Notes: a model not told the origin generated them from the sequence alone. 64,000 nt of DNA from Methanobacteriota archaeon (GCA_963787255.1 CAWBCJ010000029.1:1022936-1086935), one strand, 5' to 3'. Shown: positions 1 to 12,957, counted from the first letter of the stretch. Numbers and translations are program-made.

Positions 1-821
1 CAGTAGGAGGCAGAAGTCAGGATGCCCTGAAAACTGCCGCGTCCATGGAACTCATACACACTTTCTCTCTCATACACGATGACATAATGGACAAAGATGA
101 GATGAGGAGGGGAAAACCCTCTGTTCATACCATCTGGGGAGAGCCTATGGCCATTTTAGCCGGAGACACACTATTTTCCAAGGCATTTGAGACAGTACTG
201 GAAACTGATACAACAAATATCGATCCAAAAAGAGTTGTAGATGCTTTAAAAACAGTTGTAGATTCATGTATTAAAATATGCGAAGGGCAGGCGCTGGATA
301 TAGGATTTGAAGGCAAACTGGACGTAAGTGAAGAAGAATACATGAACATGATCTACAAAAAGACTGCTGCACTTATAGCGGCTGCAACAAAGGCAGGTGC
401 AATACTGGGCGGTGGAACAGAAGAACAAATAGAAGCACTTTCAGAATATGGACGTTTAATTGGGTTGGCATTTCAGATTCAGGATGATTATCTTGATGTA
501 GTAAGTTATGAAGAAGATATTGGAAAGCCCGTTGGAAGCGACATTGTAGAAGGAAAAATGACCCTCATGGTTGTCCATGCACTTGCAAACGCATCAAAAG
601 AAGATAAAGAAAGACTCATATCTATATTAGAAGCAAATAATGAAGATCTAATTGATGATGCCATTGGAATATTCAACAAATATGGATCAATTGAATACAC
701 CAGAAACATTGCACTTGGCAATGTTAAAACTGCAAAAGAATTATTAAATGTTTTAGAAGATTCTGATGCTAAAGAATCCCTGAAACTAATTGCAGACTTC
801 GTTCTCGAAAGAACACATTAA
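1..821 (+). CDS. idsA: Geranylgeranyl diphosphate synthase (short-chain isoprenyl diphosphate synthase), 5'-truncated by window edge
   Basis: Frame is open from position 3. Motifs [21 protein letters not shown] and FQIQDDYLD; adjacent to gltX as in other methanogens. Confidence 0.95.
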   Translation, partial: VGGRSQDALKTAASMELIHTFSLIHDDIMDKDEMRRGKPSVHTIWGEPMAILAGDTLFSKAFETVLETDTTNIDPKRVVDALKTVVDSCIKICEGQALDIGFEGKLDVSEEEYMNMIYKKTAALIAAATKAGAILGGGTEEQIEALSEYGRLIGLAFQIQDDYLDVVSYEEDIGKPVGSDIVEGKMTLMVVHALANASKEDKERLISILEANNEDLIDDAIGIFNKYGSIEYTRNIALGNVKTAKELLNVLEDSDAKESLKLIADFVLERTH

Positions 822-871
822 TAAATTTTATTATTTTTTATATATTTCATTTTTTACATCTCGGTGATATT

Positions 872-2545
872 ATGGAGAATTTAAAAGACCTTGTATACAA
901 ATACGCACTTCAAAATGCGGTTAAACATAAAGGAAAGGCTCAAAATGGTGCTGTAATAGGCAGTATTATGAGCTCTCATCCGGAGTTTCGTAAAGAAGCG
1001 CGCGAAGTTTCCAAAGCTGTAGGAGAAGTTTTAGCAAAAATCAACGCAATGAGTAATGAGGAACAAGCTAAAGAACTTGAGAAATTCGGCGGCATGGTAG
1101 AGGAGGAAAAAAAAGTCGCTCCAAAAGGTCTTGTTGACTTACCAGATGTTAAAGGAAAAGTTGTTTTAAGATTTGCCCCTAATCCGAGTGGTCCTCTACA
1201 TATAGGGCATTCAAGAGCAGCAATATTAAATAACGAATACTTGAAAAGATACGGCGGTAAACTATTATTGCGTATTGAAGATACCGATCCGCGAAGGGTA
1301 TATCCAGATGCATATGAAATGATAGATGAAGATCTAGAATGGATGGATGTCAAAATAGATGAAAAATTTATACAAAGCGATAGAATTCCTGTCTACTATG
1401 AATATGCTGAAAAACTTATTAAACTCGGCGGCGCCTATATGTGCACCTGCGAAGGCGGTGTATTTAAAAATTTAAAGGACCAATCAAATGCATGTCCATG
1501 TAGAGATATGGGTGTGGAAGAAAATCTCAAACTGTGGAAAGAAATGGAAGATATGGATGAGGGAGACGCAGTTTTAAGAGTTAAAACTGATATAGAACAT
1601 AAAAATCCTGCAATAAGAGATTTTGTTGCAATGAGAATCGTTGATGCAGAACATCCACGAACAGGAACTAAATATAAAATTTATCCAATGATGAACTTTT
1701 CTGTGGCAGTTGACGACCATTTAATGGGGATGACACATGTTTTAAGGGGAAAGGACCATCTTGCAAACTCAGAAAAACAGAAATACATCTACGATCACTT
1801 TGGATGGGACATACCAGTTTTCATTCATTACGGTAGGCTTAAAATGGATGATGTAGCGTTAAGCACCTCCAAAGCCAAGGAAGGAATAGAAAATGGAATA
1901 TATTCTGGTTGGGATGACCCAAGGCTTGGAACGATAAGGGCCATAGCAAAAAGGGGAATAATGAAAGAGGCTCTTTATGAACTGATGAATGAAATAGGCG
2001 TTAAAATTGCGGACTCAACTGTAAGCTGGAAGAAAGTGTATGGATTAAACCGTGCAATCCTTGAAGAAGCTGCAAATAGGTATTTCTTTGTATGGGATCC
2101 AGAAAAGGTTGAAATAGAGAATCTTCCTTCTTCTACGAAAGGAATAATTGAAAGACCAATGCATCCTGACTTTTTAGATCGAGGCAATCGTGAAATTCCA
2201 TTTAACGGTAAGATTTATCTTGTAAAAGAGGATATAAAGGAAAAACGTGTTTTGAGACTTATGGATGCTGTAAATATTATTTTTGAAGATGGCAAAGCTG
2301 TTTATTACAGCACAACTTTTGAAGATGCTAGGGAAGCGGGTGCGCAGATCATTCATTGGGTTCCAGGCGACAATAATTTAAATGCAGAAATAGTAATGCC
2401 TGATGCAAGCATTGTAAAAGGCTTGGTTGAACCATCATGTAAAAATCTCAATGTGGGGGATGTTGTACAGTTGGAACGATTTGGATTTGCACGTTTAGAT
2501 GAAATAGAAGAAAATAAGTTAATATTCTACTTTGCACATAAATAA
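872..2545 (+). CDS. gltX: Glutamyl-tRNA synthetase (archaeal type)
   Basis: RFAPNPSGPLHIGH (HIGH motif), LRIEDTDP, LSTS, GWDDPRL, QLERFGF; archaeal N-terminal domain. Confidence 0.97.
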   Translation: MENLKDLVYKYALQNAVKHKGKAQNGAVIGSIMSSHPEFRKEAREVSKAVGEVLAKINAMSNEEQAKELEKFGGMVEEEKKVAPKGLVDLPDVKGKVVLRFAPNPSGPLHIGHSRAAILNNEYLKRYGGKLLLRIEDTDPRRVYPDAYEMIDEDLEWMDVKIDEKFIQSDRIPVYYEYAEKLIKLGGAYMCTCEGGVFKNLKDQSNACPCRDMGVEENLKLWKEMEDMDEGDAVLRVKTDIEHKNPAIRDFVAMRIVDAEHPRTGTKYKIYPMMNFSVAVDDHLMGMTHVLRGKDHLANSEKQKYIYDHFGWDIPVFIHYGRLKMDDVALSTSKAKEGIENGIYSGWDDPRLGTIRAIAKRGIMKEALYELMNEIGVKIADSTVSWKKVYGLNRAILEEAANRYFFVWDPEKVEIENLPSSTKGIIERPMHPDFLDRGNREIPFNGKIYLVKEDIKEKRVLRLMDAVNIIFEDGKAVYYSTTFEDAREAGAQIIHWVPGDNNLNAEIVMPDASIVKGLVEPSCKNLNVGDVVQLERFGFARLDEIEENKLIFYFAHK

Positions 2546-2574
2546 TTGGATATATTAAATAAAGGAGATTTAAA

Positions 2575-3809
2575 ATGGCAGTACAGATTAATGAAAACTA
2601 TTTATTGCTTAAAAGCAGTTATATCTTTGCTGAAATTGCACAAAGAGTTGAAAAATATCAGAAGGATAACCCTGACGCAGATGTTATCCGAATGGGAATT
2701 GGAGATGTCACAAAGCCGTTACCAAAAGCAGTGTAGAGGAATTCAAAAATGCTGTAGATGAGATGGCTAAAAGAGAATCATTCAGGGGTTACGGACCAGA
2801 ACAGGGCTATGAATTCTTAATTGAAGAAATAATCAAAAATGACTACATTCCTCGTGGAATTGAACTAGATAACGGCGAAGTATTCATAAGTGACGGAGCT
2901 AAATGCGATACTGGAAATATTCAGGAAATATTTGGATTAAACAATATTGTAGCAGTAACAGATCCAGTATATCCAGTTTACGTTGAAAGTAATATCATGG
3001 CAGGCCGTGGAGGTCCAATGGGAGAAGATGGAAAGTACGAGGGATTGGTTTACCTTCCATGTACCGAGGAGAACGATTTTGTTCCGGAACTTCCAAAAAC
3101 ACATGTAGATTTAATTTATCTCTGTTATCCTAACAATCCAACAGGTACAGCACTTACAAAAGAACAGCTGGCCAAATGGATTGATTACGCACGTGAAAAC
3201 AGGTCAATTATTCTCTTTGATGCAGCTTATGAAGCTTACGTACAGGAAGATAACATACCTCACAGTATCTACGAAATTGAAGGTGCAAAAGAAGTTGCTA
3301 TTGAATTTAGAAGCTTTTCTAAGAATGCAGGATTTACAGGGACAAGATGCGCTTATACTGTAGTACCTAAAGAAGTTATGGGCTTTGATTCTTCCGGAAA
3401 CCCATATTCATTGAATCCACTTTGGAACAGACGTCAAACTACCAAATTTAACGGTGTTTCATACCCTGTTCAAATGGCAGCTAAAGCGGTTTACTGCGAA
3501 GAAGGCCAGAAAGAAATTAAAGAATATATTGAATACTACATGAAAAATGCAGCAATTATAAGGGAAAGTTTAGCTAAATTGGGCTTAAATATTTACGGTG
3601 GAGTTAACTCACCTTATATATGGATTAAAACCCCAAATAACATGGATTCATGGGAATTCTTTGATCTTCTTTTAAATAAAGCACACGTGGTTGGAACACC
3701 GGGTGTAGGTTTCGGGCCAAGCGGTGAAGGTTATTTCAGGATAACTGCATTTAACACGCTTGAAAACACCAAAGAAGCCATGGAAAGGATATCTAAACTA
3801 TCTTTTTAA
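2575..3809 (+). CDS. dapL: LL-diaminopimelate aminotransferase, with an apparent 1-nt frameshift near 2733
   Basis: RBS AAGGAG then ATG 2575 gives [38 protein letters not shown], stopping at TAG 2734-2736. The -1 frame continues [44 protein letters not shown]. Confidence 0.93.
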
Positions 3810-3937
3810 AAATTTTTTTTTCTTTTAATGATTTAATCGTAACTTATTTACTCTAACTATGTTTTTTTCTTAAATTTTATTAACTGTCATCTAAAGATCA
3901 TTAACAAGAATTATATATACTGTTTTTTGGTGATCTA

Positions 3938-5290
3938 ATGCAAGAAACATTGGAATATGTTGATAAAAATTTGGACAAATTTATTGGGAGTTTAAAAGAA
4001 ATTTGCTCAATTCCTTCTATATCTGCTAAAAATGAGGGGATAGAAGAGTCAGCAGCTAAAATAGCTGAAATTATGGAATCATCAGGTATTGAATCCAGAA
4101 TATTGAGGATTGAAGGTGCAAATCCACTAGTATATGGTGAATATAAACCCGAATCCTACGAAAAAACAATTATTTTTTATAATCACTATGATGTACAGCC
4201 TGCTGACCCACTTGAACAATGGGAAAGTCCACCATTTAAACCAACTATTAGAGATGGGAAAATATTTGCAAGGGGAGTTGCAGATAACAAAGGCAACATT
4301 ATTGCAAGGATTAAAGCTGTAGAATCTATTTTAAAGACAAAAGGAGATCTTCCAGTAGCTGTGAAATTCCTCTTTGAAGGAGAAGAGGAAGTAGGGGGTG
4401 TTTCTCTTCCAAAATATGTTGATAAGTACAGAGAGCTTTTTAAGGCAGATATGGGAGTTTGGGAGTCAGGTGATAGGCATGAAACCGAAAGACCAGCCAT
4501 TAAACTTGGTTACAAGGGAATGGCATATTTTGATATTTCTGTTAAAGGTCCGGATAAAGATGTGCACTCTGGAAGGGCAGGATTAATTCCTAATCCAATA
4601 TGGCGATTGATGCAGTTTTTAAGCAGCTTAAGGGATAAAAGCGGCAGGATACTTATAGAAGGGTTCTACGATGATATGGACAAAATTGAAAAAAAAGATA
4701 TAGAACTTTTAGAGAAAATTCCATTTGATGATGAATTAATTTTGGAAAAATACGGTTTAAAGAAGTTTGAAGGCGGAGTTTCTGGTTTAAATGCACTTAA
4801 ATCATTATATCTTAAACCCACATGCAATATTGATGGTATATATTCTGGATATGCTGGTGCAAGCTCTAAGACAATTGTTCCAAGTTCTGCATCTGCAAAA
4901 CTGGATTTTAGATTTCTTCCAGGACAAAAGACTGAAAATCTCGCCCGAAATCTTCAAAAACATGTAATTAAATATGGATTTGAAGATGTTAATATAAAAT
5001 ATATTTACGGTTACGAATCTGCTAAAACTAGCGCTTCTTCAGGAGAAGTAGAAGTTATCTGTGAAGCTACAAAAAGAACATATGGCATGGAACCTTTAAT
5101 TTATCCATTATCCATTGGAAGCAGCCCTATTTACAACTTCATCAATAAATTGAATATACCCACAGTTTCAGTAGGTGTGGAATATTGGGGTTCTCTTGTA
5201 CACTCACCCAATGAAAATATAAGAATTGAAGACTTTAAAATGGGCATAAAAAACATAATAAACATCATAGACGGTTTATATAGGTCTTAA
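3938..5290 (+). CDS. M20 family metallopeptidase (ArgE/DapE/dipeptidase-like)
   Basis: YNHYDVQP, ARGVADNKG, EGEEEVG, VHSG and HSPNE motifs. Confidence 0.88.
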   Translation: MQETLEYVDKNLDKFIGSLKEICSIPSISAKNEGIEESAAKIAEIMESSGIESRILRIEGANPLVYGEYKPESYEKTIIFYNHYDVQPADPLEQWESPPFKPTIRDGKIFARGVADNKGNIIARIKAVESILKTKGDLPVAVKFLFEGEEEVGGVSLPKYVDKYRELFKADMGVWESGDRHETERPAIKLGYKGMAYFDISVKGPDKDVHSGRAGLIPNPIWRLMQFLSSLRDKSGRILIEGFYDDMDKIEKKDIELLEKIPFDDELILEKYGLKKFEGGVSGLNALKSLYLKPTCNIDGIYSGYAGASSKTIVPSSASAKLDFRFLPGQKTENLARNLQKHVIKYGFEDVNIKYIYGYESAKTSASSGEVEVICEATKRTYGMEPLIYPLSIGSSPIYNFINKLNIPTVSVGVEYWGSLVHSPNENIRIEDFKMGIKNIINIIDGLYRS

Positions 5291-5549
5291 TCCGAGATTG
5301 ATTCAAACACATTTTTTTTGCTGTAAATTGAAGATATTTATAAAACATTTTTTAGACTCCGATAAAGATATTTTAAGCTATTAAATTAGCTTAATTTAAA
5401 AAATATGAATTAATAAATTGAAAACAGGTTTTTCAGGGGTTTTTTATTAATTAATTAAATTTAATTGATCATCCTTTTAAAAATAAGGGAAAGGTTTTTA
5501 TTAAGAGCTTCCAAAAATAAGAGAGGCAAAGAAATTTGGAGAACACAAT

Positions 5550-6572
5550 ATGACATGTAGTATATTAGTTGGTGGCGGCTGGGGAGATGAAGGCAAAGGA
5601 AAATGCATCACTTACCTCTGTTACAATGATAAACCTGATATAATAGCAAGGGCAGGAGTAGGTCCAAATGCGGGCCATTCTGTTGAATTTAAAGGAGATA
5701 AATACGGTTTAAGATTAACTCCGTCTGGATTTTTCCACAAAGATGCAAGACTGCTAATTGGAGCAGGAGTACTTGTAGATCCTGGGGTTTTCATGCACGA
5801 ACTTGATTATTTAAACAAGTACAATGTAAAAGGCAGAACATTTGCTGATTACAGATGCGCAATCATAGAACAGAAACATAAAGATCAAGATCGAGCTTCA
5901 GATTATTTATCTAAGAAAATAGGAAGTACAGGAACCGGCTGTGGGCCTGCAAACGCAGATAGAGTTAACAGAAAAATTAAACTTGCAGGACAATTAGATG
6001 AAATGAAGGATTATATCACAGACGTCCCTCGCGAAGTAAATGAAGCGCTGGACAATGAAAGAGATGTTTTTATTGAAGGATCACAGGGTTTTGGTCTATC
6101 TCTTTACTATGGTACATATCCATTTGTTACAAGCAAAGATACAACTGCAAGCACCGCTGCAGCAGATGTAGGTGTTGGACCAACTCGTATTGATGATGTA
6201 ATTGTAGTATTTAAATCATACATCACACGTGTGGGTGAGGGGCCATTTAGCACTGAAATTTCACAGGAAGAAGCTGAAAAATTAGGCTTAGAAGAATATG
6301 GAACCGTAACAGGCAGAAGGAGAAGGGTAGGTACCTTTGATATGGATCTAGCCAAAGAATCATGTATGATAAACGGAGCTACACAAATCGCGTTAACATG
6401 TGTTGACAGAATTTTCCCAAAATGTGAACGTGTAAAAGATTATTCTAAGCTTTCAGGGGAAGTTAAGAGGTTTATTGAAGAAATTGAAGGGGAAACTGGA
6501 GTTCCAGTAACTATAATTTCAACAGGACCTGATCTGGAAGATACTATTGATATAAGAGATGAACTTTTGTAA
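5550..6572 (+). CDS. purA: Adenylosuccinate synthetase (short archaeal form)
   Basis: [41 protein letters not shown]. Confidence 0.97.
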   Translation: MTCSILVGGGWGDEGKGKCITYLCYNDKPDIIARAGVGPNAGHSVEFKGDKYGLRLTPSGFFHKDARLLIGAGVLVDPGVFMHELDYLNKYNVKGRTFADYRCAIIEQKHKDQDRASDYLSKKIGSTGTGCGPANADRVNRKIKLAGQLDEMKDYITDVPREVNEALDNERDVFIEGSQGFGLSLYYGTYPFVTSKDTTASTAAADVGVGPTRIDDVIVVFKSYITRVGEGPFSTEISQEEAEKLGLEEYGTVTGRRRRVGTFDMDLAKESCMINGATQIALTCVDRIFPKCERVKDYSKLSGEVKRFIEEIEGETGVPVTIISTGPDLEDTIDIRDELL

Positions 6573-6806
6573 TAAAAAGTTCTATATCTTTAATTTTCCT
6601 TTATTTAGTAATATTCTTGATTTAAGGAATAATCTTTAAATATATTTAACACATTTTTAATTTTCCTGAAGAATAATGGGGATGAGCTTTTTTTTTAATC
6701 CCTAAAAAACTCTTTTTTTTACTTATTTTCTAATTTATTGTTTAAAAATAGACCTGATTTATATAATACTCATTTTAATTAAAATAAAAGAAAAAAAAAT
6801 ATTGTT

Positions 6807-7595
6807 TTAAAGAACTGCACCAATTAATAATGCAGGAATCACGTGTAAAACAATATCTGCTGAAAAATGTGCTATCATTGCTGATTCTAATCCTTTTTTC
6901 CAGTAAAGCCATCCGAATATAATTCCACCAACAGCATTTAAAACAATTATTCGTGTAATTAGTAGTGGCGTCGGTGTAGTTATGGCTAATACCGTTGGTA
7001 AATGGCCTATACCGAAAATAATTGCTGCTAAGATAATAGCTATCCACATGCCTGCGTTTGTTGGTTTTCCTTCTTCTGTTTTTTTGATTTTAAAGATTAT
7101 CCATGCAATGAGTGTCATCAGGAATAATCTAAGTAATATTTCTTCGTTTATTCCGCCGTAAAAGGATGCAAGAAAGCCCTGCCAGGCTGGAGGAATCAAC
7201 TGACTTGTCGGTGCATTAATTACGCTACCAGCAAGGGAAAACAGGTAATCCAGACCTGTTATTAAAACACCTGCAATTAATCCAAGTCCAATGGATATAG
7301 GGAGTATGGATTTAAGATATTCTTTAACGGGTTTACCTTTAAGCCAACCTTCTAAAATAGGAAGTCCAAGTCCAACTCTTTTAGCGAGTTTCAGCCCAAT
7401 AAATATGGCAACAGCAAATAAAATTGCATTTTGAATAACTGGAGCTAATATAATTAAATATAAAGGTACCTGTAAATTTTGAGGTAGGCCTCCTTGAAGG
7501 GTTAAACTGTATGGTAAAACTGCAAGTACTCCAAAAATGCTTGCAGCTAATAATATAATAAATAATTTCCATTCAAGCTTCATTTTTTTCACCAT
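6807..7595 (-). CDS. CPBP family (CAAX/Abi) intramembrane glutamic endopeptidase
   Basis: Multiple TM segments; EEILLR, FGIGH and AHFSAD motifs. Confidence 0.88.
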   Translation of the reverse strand: MVKKMKLEWKLFIILLAASIFGVLAVLPYSLTLQGGLPQNLQVPLYLIILAPVIQNAILFAVAIFIGLKLAKRVGLGLPILEGWLKGKPVKEYLKSILPISIGLGLIAGVLITGLDYLFSLAGSVINAPTSQLIPPAWQGFLASFYGGINEEILLRLFLMTLIAWIIFKIKKTEEGKPTNAGMWIAIILAAIIFGIGHLPTVLAITTPTPLLITRIIVLNAVGGIIFGWLYWKKGLESAMIAHFSADIVLHVIPALLIGAVL

Positions 7596-7761
7596 TTCAT
7601 AAGTGAATTTGATTATAGATATATTTTTTTAATTAAATTATGTGATATCTTTAAAAATGTATATTATTACTGAATCTGTATTGGGCGGTTAAAAAAGGTA
7701 GAATTTGAACTTTTTAATTTTTTTTGCAAAAATAATAAAAAATGATGAGAAAGAACGTACT

Positions 7762-7796
<35 letters not shown>

Positions 7797-7803
7797 ATGA
7801 TTC

Positions 7804-8151
7804 ATGTTGAGGATAAATTCTGAATATTGCTGTGATTTATCTGAAGAACTGGAAGAATTATTCAAAGCACTTGGAAACATTAACCGGCTGCTTTTAATAT
7901 ACAGAATGACATCCGGTGAATTAGAACAGATCAGCGTTACACAAATGGCCAAGATGATGGGTTTAACCCAACCAGCAGCATCGCAACATCTAAAGATATT
8001 GAAAACTGCTAGAATCCTCACAGCAGAAAAAAAAGGTAACTACATTTACTACACTTTTAATCAAAGTGCGATGATAAATCACAAAGAAAAAATTGATTTT
8101 TTATTCGGCTGCGTACTATCAAAATGCAATGGCCGAGAAAATAGAAAATAA
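7804..8151 (+). CDS. ArsR/SmtB family transcriptional regulator
   Basis: [45 protein letters not shown] winged HTH; N-terminal CC pair and C-terminal CxxxxC. Confidence 0.9.
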   Translation: MLRINSEYCCDLSEELEELFKALGNINRLLLIYRMTSGELEQISVTQMAKMMGLTQPAASQHLKILKTARILTAEKKGNYIYYTFNQSAMINHKEKIDFLFGCVLSKCNGRENRK

Positions 8152-8263
8152 AATTCATAAATCAAAAAAGGAAATAAGGTAAAAGCCGCCATTGGGCAAA
8201 AAGTCTATAAAAATACTATAAGATGTATTTTAAGGCATTAATCAATGTCCATGGAGTGATACC

Positions 8264-10642
8264 ATGAAAGAAATGAACGTTAATAAAGAATTATCCGTAT
8301 TATTTATACCAAACACAGTCTTATTACATAAAGCAAACATGACTTTAAAGGTTGATAAAAAGACAGGTAGAAGAATCTACAACCGTATTGCCAGAGACGA
8401 TTTCTACGGAATCGTAGCAGCAGTTCGCGAATTAAACGAAGAAGGATTATATATAGACGATGATTTCTACAATGTAGGGACATTAGTTAAAATCCGAAAA
8501 GCCAAAGAAATGAGAGATTTTTACCATATAAACGTGGATATCCAGGAAAGGGTGGAAATCGAAAAATTTATCCCGGATGGTAGAGATTACAGGGCAACAT
8601 ACAATTTAATCCCAGATATCAAGGACCTAGACGAAGAAAACCAGAAAGAAATGCTTAAACAGATAAGATATTTGGTTTCAGAAATAAGTGAAAACTTCAA
8701 AGGTTCCAAAGCTTACGTAGAACACGTAAATAAATTAGATGACATAACAAAAGTCATTGCATATATCTTTCCACATACAATGATGTCTCTTGAAGCAAAA
8801 CAGGCATTTTTAGAAACCCGCTCATTAAAAGAAAAGAGCCTAAAATTCATGGACATCTTAATCGACCAGAAAGAATCAATGAAGTTCCAGATGGAAATGG
8901 CCGCTAAATTAAATGAGGACATGAACAAAAAACACCGGGAAAACATGCTTAAAGAGCAGCTCAGAGCCATACAAGATGAACTGGACGATGCAGAAGTTGG
9001 CAGCGGCAAAAAAGATTACAGACAATTAATCGAAGAAGCTAACATGCCTGAAAATGTCAAAGAAGTTGCTATAGAAGAAGTTCAAAAACTGGAAAGACAG
9101 GGACCTCACAGTTCAGAAGAAAACGTCATCAGAAACTACCTTGATCTTTTAGTCAGCTTGCCATGGGGCGAAAGCGAAAGTAAGGACATTGACATAGAAG
9201 CAGCAAGAAAAATTCTCAATGAACAACACTATGGATTGGATAAAGTCAAAGACAGAATCATACAGCACCTAACAGTAATGAAACTCAAACAAAACAAACA
9301 GGGATCCATTCTACTACTCGTAGGCCCTCCAGGAACAGGAAAAACCAGCTTAGGAAGAAGTATAGCAGAAGCACTGCAACGTGAATACGTTAGAATCAGC
9401 CTTGGTGGAGTTAAAGACGAATCTGAAATCAGAGGACACAGAAGAACCTATCTCGGCGCTTTACCTGGAAGAATCATCCAAGGAATGAAACGTGCCGGAG
9501 AAAAAAATCCAGTATTTATCATGGACGAAGTGGACAAACTAATGGCATCCTACAGCGGAGACCCTGCAAGCGCACTCTTAGAGGTCTTAGACCCAGAACA
9601 AAACAACAGCTTCTCAGATCACTACTTAGAAGTGCCTTACGACCTATCTGATGTGTTCTTCATAGCAACAGCAAACTCCCTTAGAGGTATACCCGGACCG
9701 CTACGAGATCGTATGGAAATCATAGAAATTGGCAGTTACACCAGTAATGAAAAGTACCATATAGCCAAACAGCACTTGATTGACTTAGTACTTGAAGACC
9801 ACGGTTTAAACGACAGCCAGCTTCAAATCGAAGACGAAGCACTAAAAACAATCATAGAAAAATACACCAGAGAAGCAGGAGTAAGAGGACTTAAACGCCA
9901 GCTATCTGCAGTAGCAAGGGTAGCATCAGAAAAAGTCGTGCTTGGAAAAGTTGAATTACCTTACATTGTAAAAGCAGACATGCTCTATGATATATTAGGT
10001 CATGAAATCGCACAGATTCATCAAGCAGGTAAAAATAACCCTCCAGGGGTTGTAACAGGCTTAGCATGGACACCAGTTGGTGGTGACATTCTGTTCATTG
10101 AAGGAGCATTCATGCCCGGAACAGGAAAATTAACCCTCACAGGTCAATTAGGTGATGTAATGAAAGAATCAGCCAAGATTTCACAGAGCCTGATTCGTTC
10201 AAGACTAGCCTTTAACTTAAAACAGGCAGAATTTGACAAAAAAGATTTACACATACACGTTCCATCAGGAGCGATCCCAAAAGACGGACCATCAGCAGGA
10301 GTAGCTCTCTTAACTACCATTGCATCTCTTGTAACAGGCCACGAAGTGGATCCAAAACTGGCCATGACCGGTGAAATCTCACTTAGAGGGGCAGTTTTAC
10401 CAGTTGGAGGAATAAAAGAGAAAGTTCTTGCAGCACATCGCGCAGGAATAAAACGGGTTATCTTACCAAAAGACAACGAAAAAGACATTGACGATATTCC
10501 AGAAGATGTTCAATCTGATTTAGAGTTCATCCTGGTTGAAACAGTTGAAGATGTCATAAAAGAAACCATTGATATAGAATTACCTAAACCAATGATGCTC
10601 GATATGTCGGCTGGCCCTGTAAGAGGTGGAGCTGGAGCTTAA
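8264..10642 (+). CDS. lon: ATP-dependent Lon protease, bacterial LonA type
   Basis: LON N-domain, [42 protein letters not shown] (Ser), GGIKEK (Lys); no TM insertion as in archaeal LonB. Confidence 0.96.
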   Translation: MKEMNVNKELSVLFIPNTVLLHKANMTLKVDKKTGRRIYNRIARDDFYGIVAAVRELNEEGLYIDDDFYNVGTLVKIRKAKEMRDFYHINVDIQERVEIEKFIPDGRDYRATYNLIPDIKDLDEENQKEMLKQIRYLVSEISENFKGSKAYVEHVNKLDDITKVIAYIFPHTMMSLEAKQAFLETRSLKEKSLKFMDILIDQKESMKFQMEMAAKLNEDMNKKHRENMLKEQLRAIQDELDDAEVGSGKKDYRQLIEEANMPENVKEVAIEEVQKLERQGPHSSEENVIRNYLDLLVSLPWGESESKDIDIEAARKILNEQHYGLDKVKDRIIQHLTVMKLKQNKQGSILLLVGPPGTGKTSLGRSIAEALQREYVRISLGGVKDESEIRGHRRTYLGALPGRIIQGMKRAGEKNPVFIMDEVDKLMASYSGDPASALLEVLDPEQNNSFSDHYLEVPYDLSDVFFIATANSLRGIPGPLRDRMEIIEIGSYTSNEKYHIAKQHLIDLVLEDHGLNDSQLQIEDEALKTIIEKYTREAGVRGLKRQLSAVARVASEKVVLGKVELPYIVKADMLYDILGHEIAQIHQAGKNNPPGVVTGLAWTPVGGDILFIEGAFMPGTGKLTLTGQLGDVMKESAKISQSLIRSRLAFNLKQAEFDKKDLHIHVPSGAIPKDGPSAGVALLTTIASLVTGHEVDPKLAMTGEISLRGAVLPVGGIKEKVLAAHRAGIKRVILPKDNEKDIDDIPEDVQSDLEFILVETVEDVIKETIDIELPKPMMLDMSAGPVRGGAGA

Positions 10643-10672
10643 TCCAGCTAATATTTACCCAAAACAATTGCC

Positions 10673-10718
10673 ACTCCCTCTAATTATTAGGTTAGGGGGA
10701 GTACCTCCTTTTTATTTT
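10673..10718 (+). terminator. Hairpin plus T-rich tract downstream of lon
   Basis: ACTCCCTCTAA-N8-TTAGGGGGAGT stem (11 bp, one G-U), followed by ACCTCCTTTTTATTTT. Confidence 0.55.
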
Positions 10719-10918
10719 AAAAACAACTTTTAATTTATAATAATTTATTTTAAACAAAATAATATGATTTAATATTTTATAATAATTATTAAGCTTCTAT
10801 CATTTACTATTTGTAATTTTAATTAAAAAAAATAAGTTAATTTGGTAAAAAGCTACTTAAATAACTTTTCACCGTTTATTAATTGTTTATACATGATAAA
10901 AAATTAAAATTATACTAT

Positions 10919-11122
10919 TTATCCTTTGCTCCTCATTGAAGCTAGCCTACTTGTGATTATTGTTTTAGCAATTAAAAGATTATTATCCTTTTCTTCAGCA
11001 CTTTCAATTTGTTGTTCTATTTCTTTTAACAGTTCCTTTAATTCTTCTGGTTTGGACCTACTTGCTTTTTTTAAGAGCTCTTCTGAATCTATTTTGTCTT
11101 CATTTGCTTTTCCGAATACCAT
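10919..11122 (-). CDS. Small helical hypothetical protein
   Basis: 67-aa ORF with charged helical composition; GAG-containing RBS-like sequence upstream. Confidence 0.6.
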   Translation of the reverse strand: MVFGKANEDKIDSEELLKKASRSKPEELKELLKEIEQQIESAEEKDNNLLIAKTIITSRLASMRSKG

Positions 11123-11571
11123 TGTTTTTCAACTCTAACTTTTAAATATCAGAAATTATATCTATTGCTTTTTGACACTAAATAAAGCATTTCGATTTTT
11201 TAATACTTTTACTTGTAAATAATTGGTTTTAAGAAGTAATCTAGAACAGGATTTCTAAACTGGTAATTATTAGAAGCCAATTCCATAATTGAGTATGTTT
11301 AAAGTTAGATATAAAAGTATCTTATCAGTTACTTTTACTTATAGAATTATTACTTGTTTAAAGGATTTAAAATAAATTTTGCAACTTAATGAATGATTTT
11401 GGGATTATTTTTTTTTATTGAGGTAAAAAGAACCAAGGTTTCAGAAAATGTATAGCGCAAATTAATATTTAAGCGAATAATTGTCAATAAAATTAAATCA
11501 TTTACATTACTTTATATGCTTTAAAAATCAAGTTTAATTGCCTATTAGGCAAAAAAATGGAAGTGATATTT

Positions 11572-11793
11572 TTGTTTAAAAATAGTTACAGTAATGATAG
11601 AGATAGTTCTTCTCCTATTAAAGAAGGTGGAGAATATGATGTTAAAATTGAAGATACAGGTAGAGACGGAGACGGAATTGCCCGTATAGAAGGTTTTGTG
11701 GTTTTTGTTTCAGGCGCTAAAGTTGGGGATGAAGTTAAAATTAGAGTTAACTCAACTAGAAGAAATTTTGCCTTTGCTGAAGTAATAGAATAA
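11572..11793 (+). CDS. Single TRAM-domain RNA-binding protein (archaeal cold-shock-type RNA chaperone)
   Basis: [50 protein letters not shown]; probable TTG start after AAGTGA (ORF track start 11557). Confidence 0.92.
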   Translation: MFKNSYSNDRDSSSPIKEGGEYDVKIEDTGRDGDGIARIEGFVVFVSGAKVGDEVKIRVNSTRRNFAFAEVIE

Positions 11794-12346
11794 CATTTTT
11801 TTTAATTGATATGAAATATAACTAAGTTTATCTTATTATCTTTTTATTAAATTTAAGTTAATCATTACTTATTTCATAGTTAAAAAAAAATATTTTTTTT
11901 CTTTTTATTATTTTTAAGACAATCTTTTTTTCATATTATATTTTGAAGCTATCCATAATATTTAACTTCGTTATTGTGAACCATCTTTTTAGTTTTTTAA
12001 GATTAAATTTGAGTTTTTTTTTGCAAGTTTTTTAGGTAAATTTTTTTAAACTTCGTTTAATCTAGCTTTAACGAAGTAAACCAGCATAATTATAATACAA
12101 TTACAATCAATTATGATAATTTTGGGTATTTACAAATAAAGTAACAATAAAACTGAAAATATCATAAAACACAGTAATACTATTTAACAATATTTCTATT
12201 TTTCACTTTCTATGATGGTCTTGCACTTACAGTGTAAAAATACAAATCCCCTTGATAGTCTGTAAAATTTAAAACCCCCATAAATATATACATTAATAAT
12301 GCTAAATTAATGTTATAGAGAATTAAACTATTATGGAGGTGAAGAA

Positions 12347-12505
12347 ATGGTAGAAACTCAACAAGCGAGTGGGGGGTCACTAGTGGGCCTTGGTATTATT
12401 TTCCTAATTATTTTCCTGTTATTCCCAGTTTTCGCTATTTGGTTATTGTGGATAGCAATAATAGTAATGATTGTTGCAGGCCTTGTAGCATTACTAACAG
12501 GATAA
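12347..12505 (+). CDS. Small 52-aa membrane protein (not in ORF track)
   Basis: Strong RBS GGAGGTGA, then MVETQQASGGSLVGLGIIFLIIFLLFPVFAIWLLWIAIIVMIVAGLVALLTG*; TATA-like TAAATATATA near 12281. Confidence 0.8.
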   Translation: MVETQQASGGSLVGLGIIFLIIFLLFPVFAIWLLWIAIIVMIVAGLVALLTG

Positions 12506-12957
12506 TTCCAGTTAGATAACCTGATACTCAAGAATAAAATTTTTAACATTCTTTCATTTTTTTTAAGGTTACAGACGAATAATGAAAATTCATAGAGATT
12601 TTTTTGTCAAATTATTTTTTAGATATTTGCTTTTTTGAAAAACTAGCATAAAACCACAGCTACATATAGACTGGCCATGCAATAAATGGTATTTACGGTA
12701 AACTTTGTATAATCTGCTTTTAGTTGTCATGAATAAATCATTATTGACTTATAACTTATAATATTAAAAGATATTGGATTGATTTTAAACAGGAAATATT
12801 GATTTCAATTATTAGAACAATAGAAGTAAGATTTTCATATTGAAAATTAATTAAAATAAATTTACAATTTGTAAAACTTATCCAATAAAAGTTTAAAAAA
12901 AAATTTATTGTAATTTTCTAAAAAAAATATAGTTAAATGATTTCATGAATTTAATTT

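Noticed and set aside
2725-2740. Programmed -1 frameshift in dapL
   Set aside because: No slippery heptamer or stimulatory structure seen; a single-base deletion error is simpler.
2546-2761. 71-aa ORF from the track
   Set aside because: Off-frame shadow of the true dapL N-terminus starting at 2575.
3938-5290. dapE call for the M20 peptidase
   Set aside because: The DapL pathway bypasses DapE, and the motifs fit generic M20 dipeptidases.
12358-12549. 63-aa minus-strand ORF
   Set aside because: Antisense to the 12347..12505 ORF, which has a perfect RBS.
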